Source of the DNA: Candidatus Binatia bacterium
Lineage (GTDB): Bacteria > Desulfobacterota > Binatia > Bin18
NCBI GenBank assembly: GCA_963664395.2
Contig: OY761159.2
Coordinates: 4,256,001 to 4,320,000, forward strand
DNA: 64,000 nt
Reading direction: 5' to 3'
In this document: positions 43,228 through 51,218 of the stretch, one piece after another
Numbering within the stretch: position 1 is the stretch's first letter
How the letters are laid out: each line of letters opens with the position of its first letter
Notes under the pieces: generated by a model
Told to the model about the DNA's origin: nothing
Database searches by the model: none
Seen by the model: only the letters and a program-made list of their open reading frames with translations
Position numbers and translations under genes: made by a program

Positions 43228-44479
43228 GCGGTTCGTGATCGGTAGTGTCGGCGTGTTAGGCGTCATCCTGGCCGTTGTCGTCGCCAAGACGCCCAGCGCC
43301 TTTGCCCATGGTGAGGCTGCCGACGAACCGTTCTTGAAAAACATGACTACGGCTTTCTTCAACGTCAGCGTTTCGCCGACCGAAATCGAGGTGGGAGAGC
43401 CGGTCAAGGTGACGGGCTCGGTCAAAATCCTCGAGACCTGGCCGCATACGCTGGAGACCCCGGAAATCGCTTCCATCATGCCGGTCGTCCCCGGGCCGGT
43501 CTTTGTACTCAGGGAGCGTTTTGTCAACGGAACGGCCGCCATCGGCTCGTTTTTCGCCCAAAAGGGGGACATTTACGAGTTTGAAATGGAGCTGGTTGGC
43601 AAAGAGCCAGGGGACTGGCATGTGCATCCCGGTATCGCCATCTATGGGACCGGTACCCTGATTGGGCCTGGCGAATGGGTTAAAGTCAAACCAAGTGCTG
43701 AACCCTTCTCATTCCCGCTCACACTGATGTCTGGTGAGACGATTGAACTCGGTACGTATGGAGGATCATTCGTCTGGTGGTGGTCGTTTGCCGGATTTGT
43801 CTTGGGGGTTATCTGGATACTGTACTGGACGACGAATAAAAGAACGGTGACCAATCTCGCAGTCACTGTCCAGCTGCCAGTGAATGACGATGCCCCCGAT
43901 ATTGGCCTCATCACGCCGCGTGACCATATGTGGATGAATGTTATCGTTGGCGTGACCCTGGTTATGCTGGTTGTCGGTTGGACGTATGCCACATCAAATG
44001 CGCCAGTTCGCTGGCCGCAGCAAACGGACTGGTTTACTCCGGAATTCATTTCTTCTGGTGAGAAAATTGTTGAGGCCCGGGCCAGCGGGGCGACGTATGA
44101 CGAAGCGAGTGAAACGCTTGAGATGAAGGTCCAAGTGACGAATGTTGTTGAGAGCGACATCGAACTCAAGCAACTGACTATAGCGATGGCGACCTTCGTG
44201 AACGGACCGGAAGCCGAACAGGCGAAAGCCGGTCCGAGTGATTTTGTTGGTCGGCTCGAAGTCCAGCCGGACGGGCCGATTGCTCCGGGCGAAAATAAAG
44301 AGCTGACCCTGACTATTTCAAGTAGTATTTTCAGCGAAGAGCGTCTCATCCCGACGCAAGCACCGCAGCAGTTTATTGGCGCAGTCTTACGCTTTGAGAA
44401 TGGGAACGACGGTCATGAGTTAGTGACGGTCCGTTCAAACGTCGTCCCCACTCAGTTCCGTTCTACCTATCTGCCATAA
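43220..44479 (+). CDS. xmoB: Copper membrane monooxygenase subunit B (PmoB/AmoB homolog)
   Basis: AFA|HGE mature N-terminal His, PGPVF, PGDWHVH (CuB), two central TM helices, second cupredoxin domain PIAPGENK. Confidence 0.95.
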   Translation: MAKRFVIGSVGVLGVILAVVVAKTPSAFAHGEAADEPFLKNMTTAFFNVSVSPTEIEVGEPVKVTGSVKILETWPHTLETPEIASIMPVVPGPVFVLRERFVNGTAAIGSFFAQKGDIYEFEMELVGKEPGDWHVHPGIAIYGTGTLIGPGEWVKVKPSAEPFSFPLTLMSGETIELGTYGGSFVWWWSFAGFVLGVIWILYWTTNKRTVTNLAVTVQLPVNDDAPDIGLITPRDHMWMNVIVGVTLVMLVVGWTYATSNAPVRWPQQTDWFTPEFISSGEKIVEARASGATYDEASETLEMKVQVTNVVESDIELKQLTIAMATFVNGPEAEQAKAGPSDFVGRLEVQPDGPIAPGENKELTLTISSSIFSEERLIPTQAPQQFIGAVLRFENGNDGHELVTVRSNVVPTQFRSTYLP

Positions 44480-44520
44480 GCTCCAGAGCGGGGACAGACC
44501 TCCCCGCGGGTGGAGCCTCG

Positions 44521-45093
44521 TTGGACAGCGTTGTGAAACTCTTCTCCCTTGTTGCCATGCTCCTCGTCCCAACGGGAGCATGGGGACATGGGGGTGTCGC
44601 CATGGATATGGACCCCTGCATAGAGCGGGCCGGCGCCTATCTGATCCATTTTTCTGCCTACCAGCCGCAAGAGTACGCAACCGAAGAATTCTGTCGGAGC
44701 GTTCCTCTGACCGGGAGTACGATTCTCGTTTTTGATCTGATTGATCCCGAATTGCGCAAGAAATCAGCTGCGGTGCGCATTATTAAGGAAACCAATACTG
44801 CTGAACCTCGACTGTTGCTCGATATCCCGGCACGGGTGTATCCCAGCGGCGTGGTGAATGCTGAAGTCCATTTTGACACACCTGGCCAGTATACGGCCCT
44901 GATGACGCTTGACGGGGTTGATGGGTCTGTGCGGTTTCCCATTCGAGTCGCTTCACTCTCAAATACCATGCTGGTCCTGATCGCGGGCCTGATCATCGGC
45001 TGCGGCGCTGGCTATTATGTCGTCGGTGGCAAACTCGGTTGGCCACCGTTTTCGGTGAAAAAGGTTCCGTCACTCACATTGGTCAAGGGATAG
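44521..45093 (+). CDS. PmoD/AmoD-like periplasmic copper protein, copy 2
   Basis: AWG|HGGVAM; C-x9-H-FSAYQP...EEFC..P..G...VFDLIDPELR; C-terminal TM. Confidence 0.82.
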   Translation: MDSVVKLFSLVAMLLVPTGAWGHGGVAMDMDPCIERAGAYLIHFSAYQPQEYATEEFCRSVPLTGSTILVFDLIDPELRKKSAAVRIIKETNTAEPRLLLDIPARVYPSGVVNAEVHFDTPGQYTALMTLDGVDGSVRFPIRVASLSNTMLVLIAGLIIGCGAGYYVVGGKLGWPPFSVKKVPSLTLVKG

Positions 45094-45151
45094 GTGCGAA
45101 ACCACCTATCCCCCCTTTTCCTAACGCTCTGTTCACAGTACATATTGAACG

Positions 45152-46846
45152 ATGTGGCTGCGTGGTCTTCTCTTTTTCTGCCTTCTTCTGAGTGTACTCG
45201 CTATCGGTACGCTTTTTCTGCTTCCTCGTGCCTGGCTCCCCCGCCCGATACAAGACTTTGCGTATCAATATATCGGCGAAGAGTCCTACCAAAAGCCGCC
45301 TCCCAGTCGCGAAATAAGCCCTGTCAGTGTGGAGCCATTTTGTCTGGACAGACACCCAGACTGGCGGAAACCTCAGACTATTGAGGGCGTTGCCGTGGAA
45401 GCATCACCGGTTTGTGATCCAGATAATCCAGCCGACATTGCGGCCTTTGTCAAAGGGACGAATAATATTGCTCTGCACACGCTCATGGAGACGCGGCTCA
45501 CGCCCAATACGGTGGTGAAGGAGAACGACCGAGACGGGGATGGCGACCCGGATGAGATTCACATCCGACTTGAAGTCATAGAATTGAACGGACACTCACC
45601 GGATGACCCCGCCCCATTCCCCGCCTATTTCATTGCGCCTGGCGTACAGCCCGGGCTGTGGGTTTTTGCTCCAAAATCACGCGGCATGGCGACGGAGAAT
45701 TTTGAAAGTGAACAGGCGCACCCGACCTTGAGAGCCCCGTCTCCGGTGATTCGTATAGAGCAGGGTGATACGCTCCGGGTGACCTTGGAGAATACACACT
45801 ATCTGCCGCATACCATTCACTTCCATGGGGTTGACCATCCCTTTGTTGACGCCGCCGGCGAGGGAAACGACGGTGTTCCCATTGTGAGTGAAATGCCAGT
45901 CACACCAGGGGAGAGTCGCACCTATGAGATGACCCCGCGTCAAACGGGCACGATGTTTTACCACTGCCACGTCCAACCTCATGTCCATATTCTGATGGGA
46001 CTCCAGGGCATGTTTGTTGTTGAAGAGAACCGGCCGAATAACTGGCTCCAAACGCTCAATATTGGAGCCGGTCGGGTGCGCGCTGTCTCTGCGGCAGTCA
46101 GAGAGTCGTATGATCGGGAATTCGACCTGCACTACCAAGACATCGACCCGGCGTTGAATAACATTATTCAGACCGCGACGGATCCCAGATTAATCGCCGA
46201 AGCGACGAATCGGGGTTATGACATTACGGATCAAGAACCTGACTATTTCTTACTAAACGGACGGTCATTTCCCTATACGACCCGCGAGTCGCTTGTTGTT
46301 GTTGCCCCAAATGAACGGGTCAAACTGCGTGTCCTCAACGGCGGAGCGGAAGGAATCTCTCTGCATACGCATGGGCATAAAGTCAAAATCACGCATTATG
46401 ACGGCGTCGAACATAATCCGGCTGCTCAAATCACCCGCGATGTGGTATGGCTGAGCCCCGCCCAACGGGTAGATCTTCTCCTCAATACAACTGATGACGG
46501 ACTGCATAATTATGGGCAAGGCATCTGGCTGCTCCACGACCATAAGGAAAAGGCCATCACAACTGATGGGATCAACCCTGGTGGCAATATCAGTGCCATT
46601 GTCTATCAGGATTACTTGGACGCATCCGGTCAGCCGAAAACGCAGGGGATGGATTGGGCGCCGTTTTTCACCAAGGAGTATTATCAAAAAAAGCTTCCCA
46701 TCTGGGCTGGCCTGGAGGACTTTAACCTTTTTGGAGAGGCGGGTACTCGTTCCCTGCCCTTGAGTTCCGCACTCATACTCGGGATAGGTATCGGCTTCCT
46801 CATCGGCGCGGCTTGTGCCTTTGGGCGATTTACCCGACGCCGATGA
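45152..46846 (+). CDS. Membrane-anchored two-domain multicopper oxidase (T1 site in domain 1)
   Basis: HTIHFHG; YHCHVQPHVHILMG; LHTHGH; LHDH (no Cys); TM helices at both termini. Confidence 0.85.
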   Translation: MWLRGLLFFCLLLSVLAIGTLFLLPRAWLPRPIQDFAYQYIGEESYQKPPPSREISPVSVEPFCLDRHPDWRKPQTIEGVAVEASPVCDPDNPADIAAFVKGTNNIALHTLMETRLTPNTVVKENDRDGDGDPDEIHIRLEVIELNGHSPDDPAPFPAYFIAPGVQPGLWVFAPKSRGMATENFESEQAHPTLRAPSPVIRIEQGDTLRVTLENTHYLPHTIHFHGVDHPFVDAAGEGNDGVPIVSEMPVTPGESRTYEMTPRQTGTMFYHCHVQPHVHILMGLQGMFVVEENRPNNWLQTLNIGAGRVRAVSAAVRESYDREFDLHYQDIDPALNNIIQTATDPRLIAEATNRGYDITDQEPDYFLLNGRSFPYTTRESLVVVAPNERVKLRVLNGGAEGISLHTHGHKVKITHYDGVEHNPAAQITRDVVWLSPAQRVDLLLNTTDDGLHNYGQGIWLLHDHKEKAITTDGINPGGNISAIVYQDYLDASGQPKTQGMDWAPFFTKEYYQKKLPIWAGLEDFNLFGEAGTRSLPLSSALILGIGIGFLIGAACAFGRFTRRR

Positions 46847-47580
46847 GGGAATACCAAATGGATTTCTTTCTGAGGAAGAATGATTATAGGGGGACGGTGG
46901 CGTCCGGGAGAAGGCAGCTCCATAGGGCCGTCTCTACACTGATTGTCTATACCGTGTCCACATTGCTTTCCGGCGCGATCGGCTCGGCTCAAGAGCATGC
47001 TCATCACCATAAACATCATGGGATGCAGCTCGATACTGCGGGTATGGTGATGAATGAAAATACGGACCAGCTCCCCCGGGGCTGCCCCCGCATTTCAGGT
47101 GAGCACGAGCTTACCGTTCGTGCCGGAAAAGAATTTGCCCACCCAGGGACGATGTTCGCGTATGATCGGAACGAATGGGATTTTAAGCCATGTACGAAAC
47201 TCACGGTGACGCTCATTAATACGGACAGTGTTCGTCACCAGTGGATGCTGCACGGCCTTCCGCGCTATATCTACCCCCAGGGCATGTTTACGCTTGAAGT
47301 CGCGGGCAAAGGGCAGCGGACAGGTACCTTTATCCTTCCGCCCGGAGACAAGACCTATCTGGTGCACTGTGATGTTCCTCAGCATATGGAAAAGGGAATG
47401 AAGGCCCAGCTCAAGGTCGGGGCTGGAAATGGGGATCTGCCCAGCATTCCCGGGGTGACCGGACCGCGTCTGCGGGACCCGTATTCAATGGCCTGGAACT
47501 GGTGGACGCATGGTGCTGTCTTTGTATTCGGTATCGTCAGTATGATCTTCGTGGGAAGAAGGTTGCGCCTTTTTCCCTAG
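46843..47580 (+). CDS. Membrane-anchored cupredoxin with His-rich N-terminus (start uncertain)
   Basis: QEHAHHHKHHG; HQW...HCDVPQHMEKGM type-1 Cu ligands; C-terminal TM; ATGA overlap with the MCO stop. Confidence 0.82.
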   Translation: MREYQMDFFLRKNDYRGTVASGRRQLHRAVSTLIVYTVSTLLSGAIGSAQEHAHHHKHHGMQLDTAGMVMNENTDQLPRGCPRISGEHELTVRAGKEFAHPGTMFAYDRNEWDFKPCTKLTVTLINTDSVRHQWMLHGLPRYIYPQGMFTLEVAGKGQRTGTFILPPGDKTYLVHCDVPQHMEKGMKAQLKVGAGNGDLPSIPGVTGPRLRDPYSMAWNWWTHGAVFVFGIVSMIFVGRRLRLFP

Positions 47581-47610
47581 GAGTTCGGGGCGTCATATGC
47601 CCTCTTTCTC

Positions 47611-47639
47611 TTGACCTCCAGTCTAAAAATAAGTAGGGT
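47611..47639 (+). promoter_or_regulatory. sigma70-type promoter upstream of the PQQ dehydrogenase
   Basis: TTGACC-17 nt-TAGGGT. Confidence 0.5.
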
Positions 47640-47685
47640 TCGACCACATTTTTCGATTGTCAATTACTCCGAGGAGGCATTATCC

Positions 47686-49398
47686 ATGCGAGGTTACTGG
47701 TTGTCGATATTTTTACAGGTGGCAGTCTCTCTCATGCTTCTCTCTCCAACCGCACTTTACGCTGACGCGCCTGCCAAGAACGCTGACGCGCTTCAGCCGG
47801 TTACGCACGAGCGTTTGGTCAAAGGAACGGCCAACTACGCTGACTGGCTGATGTACGGTGGGAATTATGAAGGCTGGCGATTTAGTCCCCTAACGGATAT
47901 TGACCGCCAGAATGTCAAAAAACTCCAGGCCGCCTGGATTTTTCAAACCGGGGTGCCAGCCCAAATGCAAGCCTCACCCGTGGTTGCCGATGGCGTGATG
48001 TATCTTACCGCGGCCTACAACAAGCTCTTTGCTTTAGACGCCGTAACTGGCAAACCGCTCTGGAAATATGACCATGATCTGCCGGACGATCTGCGGATTT
48101 GCTGCGGACCGGGCAACCGGGGAGCTGCGCTGGCTGGGGATAAGGTCATTATGGCCACGCTGGATGCGCGTATTGTCGCACTCAACAGGAAAACCGGTGC
48201 AGTCGTGTGGAATACCCAAGCCGACGACTATGCCGACGGCTTCAGCTTTACCCTGTCACCACTGATTGTTCGAGACAACGTCATTGTTGGTATTGCGGGC
48301 GGTGAATACGGTATTCGCGGCTATATTGATGCCTATGATCTTAAGACCGGAAAACGCAAATGGCGTCGTTATACGGTGCCTGACGAAGGCGAGCCTGGTG
48401 CCGAGACCTGGGCTGGTGATTCGTATAAACAAGGCGGCGGACCGGCTTGGGTGACTGGCTCGTATGATGCGGATCTTGACCTGGTTTATTGGGCAACGGG
48501 TAATCCGGCCCCGGACTGGAACGGGGATGGACGTGAGGGTGATAATCTCTACACCAACTCGGTGTTAGCTCTTGAGCCTGATAGCGGTGAGATCAAATGG
48601 TACTTCCAATTCACCCCGCACGACGTCTGGGACTATGATGGCAACACGGGGATATTTCTGCTCGACGTGATGCGCAGTGGCCAGTCTGTCAAAGCCTTAG
48701 CCCAGCCCAATCGGAACGGATATATGTATGTCCTTAATCGTGGGGATGGAAAGTTCCTGCACGGCTCCCAATACGTTGAGCAGCTCAACTGGGCGAAAGG
48801 GCTGGACGAAAATGGCCGGCCGCTTATTGACCCCAAGTATGTTCCCATGGAGGGAGGCAATCCTGAATTAATCTGTCCCGGGAATGCGGGGGGACAAAAC
48901 GGATCGTATGCTGCGGCCTACAGCCCGCTTGCCAATCTCATCTTTGTCCCGACGATTGAGAGTTGCGGAAAAATGGAAAAGGCCAAATCTATTTTCATCA
49001 AAGGCATCCCATTCTGGGGCGGGGGGCCTGGACAAACGCAGGGCGACCTCGGCACAGCATACGGTCACGTCACGGCCATAGACCCCACCAGGGGTGAAGT
49101 GAAGTGGCGCTATAAGGACGAGTGGCCGATGGTTGGTGGGGCACTCGCTACAGCCGGGGGACTCGTATTTACCGGCAACCAAAAGGGATTCGCTCTTGCC
49201 TTGGATGACGCGACGGGTGCGGTCTTGTGGAGGTTCCAAACTGGCTCGGCTGTTCGGGGACAACCGATTACATACAAAGTTGGTGGTAAACAATATGTTG
49301 CTGTTCCCAGTGGCGCCGGGGGGTTGGTCGTGGATATCGTCGGTAAATATCCCCAAACAACACCGGGTAGCTCTGTTGTGGTATTTGCGCTCCCGTGA
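47686..49398 (+). CDS. PQQ-dependent alcohol dehydrogenase, predicted lanthanide-dependent
   Basis: Signal peptide; RICCG vicinal Cys; GGEYG; GNPAP; TPHDVWDYDG carries the extra Ln-binding Asp. Confidence 0.92.
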   Translation: MRGYWLSIFLQVAVSLMLLSPTALYADAPAKNADALQPVTHERLVKGTANYADWLMYGGNYEGWRFSPLTDIDRQNVKKLQAAWIFQTGVPAQMQASPVVADGVMYLTAAYNKLFALDAVTGKPLWKYDHDLPDDLRICCGPGNRGAALAGDKVIMATLDARIVALNRKTGAVVWNTQADDYADGFSFTLSPLIVRDNVIVGIAGGEYGIRGYIDAYDLKTGKRKWRRYTVPDEGEPGAETWAGDSYKQGGGPAWVTGSYDADLDLVYWATGNPAPDWNGDGREGDNLYTNSVLALEPDSGEIKWYFQFTPHDVWDYDGNTGIFLLDVMRSGQSVKALAQPNRNGYMYVLNRGDGKFLHGSQYVEQLNWAKGLDENGRPLIDPKYVPMEGGNPELICPGNAGGQNGSYAAAYSPLANLIFVPTIESCGKMEKAKSIFIKGIPFWGGGPGQTQGDLGTAYGHVTAIDPTRGEVKWRYKDEWPMVGGALATAGGLVFTGNQKGFALALDDATGAVLWRFQTGSAVRGQPITYKVGGKQYVAVPSGAGGLVVDIVGKYPQTTPGSSVVVFALP

Positions 49399-49441
49399 GC
49401 GCTAGAGCTGAGCCAAGATCAGTCAAAGATAAATCAGAGGT

Positions 49442-49471
49442 GGAGAGGCGCAGCATGGCCCCTCCTTTTTT
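49442..49471 (+). terminator. Intrinsic terminator ending the CuMMO/ADH locus
   Basis: GGAGAGGC...GCCCCTCC stem (one mismatch) followed by T6. Confidence 0.6.
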
Positions 49472-49494
49472 GTTGCGTACGCTCAATACCAGCC

Positions 49495-50121
49495 CTAACC
49501 CAAAACTTGCATAATGCGCTGGCTGACCTCATCCGGAGCCGCGTTGCCATCCACCCGTTTAAGAATCCCTTGGGCTTCATAAAAAGGGACAATAGGCGCC
49601 GTTTCCGAGTGGTATTTTTCGAGCCTGGCTCGACAGGCTTCTTCGGTATCGTCCTTGCGCTGAATCACCCGACCGGCAATAGCTGCCGGCGGCGGCTTGA
49701 ATTTAATATGGTAAATATCTCCGGTATCGGGGTCCATGCGTCGACCGGTAATGCGTTCAACAATTAAATCGTCCGGGACTTCAATTTGCAGCACCACATC
49801 CAAGGCAACCCCGGCTTTGTGCAGTTCGGCCTCCAGGGCCTCGGCCTGGGGTCGGGTGCGCGGAAAACCGTCTAGCATAAATCCTTTTATGCAGTCCGGT
49901 TTTTCAATACGCTCTATCACCATCGCAATGACGAGCTCATCAGGCACCAATCCACCTGCCTTCATATATCCGTCTGCCTGCTTGCCTAACCCTGTCCCTT
50001 CACTCACAGCAGCGCGTAGCATATCACCGGTTGAGATATGGGAAATCTTGAACTGCTCGACGAGATGAACAGCCTGTGTCCCTTTGCCTGCCCCCGGTGG
50101 CCCAACTAAAATCATCCGCAT
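49495..50121 (-). CDS. adk: Adenylate kinase
   Basis: GPPGAGKGTQ, HISTGDMLR, LDGFPRT, QRKDD. Confidence 0.96.
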   Translation of the reverse strand: MRMILVGPPGAGKGTQAVHLVEQFKISHISTGDMLRAAVSEGTGLGKQADGYMKAGGLVPDELVIAMVIERIEKPDCIKGFMLDGFPRTRPQAEALEAELHKAGVALDVVLQIEVPDDLIVERITGRRMDPDTGDIYHIKFKPPPAAIAGRVIQRKDDTEEACRARLEKYHSETAPIVPFYEAQGILKRVDGNAAPDEVSQRIMQVLG

Positions 50122-50289
50122 AGGTGTCAATCCTCCCTCTAGCGACAGCGAGCTGTCGCCTGAAATCATGAAGATGTCAGGAATACTATCGAAGAACACG
50201 GTGAAAGAACACTGTCACTGCTAGGCGTGCCAAGAAGCTCGTGCTAGGGTCGGGGGCTCTTTACCAAAAAGAAAGAGAGGGAGGGATAC

Positions 50290-51147
50290 ATGAAAATAGG
50301 GGTTTTCGAGTTCTGTATTGATAGATCAGTTGATCCGGCTATCATCGCAAAACGTGCGGAGGAGTTGGGCTTTGCCTCCTATTGGGTGCCTGAACATGCG
50401 ATTATTCCGATTCAAACCAGTTCGCCCTATCCAGGCTCGGAAGACGGCATGATTCCAGACGAGTATGGCCGCATCACTGATCCATTTGTGTCTTTGGCTC
50501 GGGCATCGGCAGTGACCAAGACGATTGAACTCGGCACGGGGATTTGCCTGATCCCGGAGCGCAATCCGCTTGAATTAGCCAAAGAAGTAGCGACCCTGGA
50601 TCACTTCTCGGGCGGTCGTTTCATCTTTGGTATTGGTGCCGGCTGGCTGAGAGAAGAGACCGAGATCATGGGGGGTAACTTTGATCACCGCTGGGGACAA
50701 ACCAAGGATGCCATCCTGGCCATGAAGGAACTCTGGACGCAGGACGAGGCCGAATATCACGGCAAGTACTATGACTTCCCCGCGGTCCGTTCATTCCCAA
50801 AGCCGGTGCGAAAACCGCACCCGCCGGTGTATATGGGCGGCTCATCAAAGTATGTCTTTAAGCGGGTGGTCGAATGGGGCGACGGTTGGATGCCCGTTCT
50901 TTCACCGGTGGAATACATTAAAGAAGGTCGGCAGCGCCTCAACCAGATGGCCGAACAGGCTGGCCGTGATCCAAAAGAAATCTCTGTCCTGGCCTTTGGC
51001 TTGCCCGAAAAGTTCCGGACCAAAGAAGAAATCAGTGAACTGAAATCGGCTGGCGTGGACCATGTCACCATATGGCTGATGCAGAGTGAGGAGGGCGAGG
51101 GCGCTGTCCTCGCAGAATTGGAGTCTCTGGCGAAAGAAGTGCTGTAG
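50290..51147 (+). CDS. LLM-class oxidoreductase, probably F420-dependent
   Basis: YWVPEH, LAKEVATLDHFSGGR, GIGAGWLREE, PKPVRKPHPP. Confidence 0.82.
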   Translation: MKIGVFEFCIDRSVDPAIIAKRAEELGFASYWVPEHAIIPIQTSSPYPGSEDGMIPDEYGRITDPFVSLARASAVTKTIELGTGICLIPERNPLELAKEVATLDHFSGGRFIFGIGAGWLREETEIMGGNFDHRWGQTKDAILAMKELWTQDEAEYHGKYYDFPAVRSFPKPVRKPHPPVYMGGSSKYVFKRVVEWGDGWMPVLSPVEYIKEGRQRLNQMAEQAGRDPKEISVLAFGLPEKFRTKEEISELKSAGVDHVTIWLMQSEEGEGAVLAELESLAKEVL

Positions 51148-51177
51148 GGGGAACGGGTTTCAAACGAGACAGGGAAG

Positions 51178-51204
51178 GGGCAGTCCTGTGACTGCCCTTT
51201 TTTT
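51178..51204 (+). terminator. Intrinsic terminator
   Basis: GGGCAGTC-CTGT-GACTGCCC followed by T7. Confidence 0.78.
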
Positions 51205-51218
51205 CTAGGAGAAGAAGT

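Noticed and set aside
41152-44479. Calling the CuMMO a methane (pmo) or ammonia (amo) monooxygenase
   Set aside because: Too divergent at diagnostic motifs, and no MDH, hao or formaldehyde-pathway genes in the window; substrate cannot be assigned from sequence.
45152-46846. Calling the MCO nirK
   Set aside because: HxH pairs in both domains indicate a trinuclear-cluster 2dMCO, and the T1 spacing does not match NirK.
33911-49471. CuMMO locus as a mobile genomic island
   Set aside because: No integrase, tRNA, flanking direct repeats or obvious GC shift seen.
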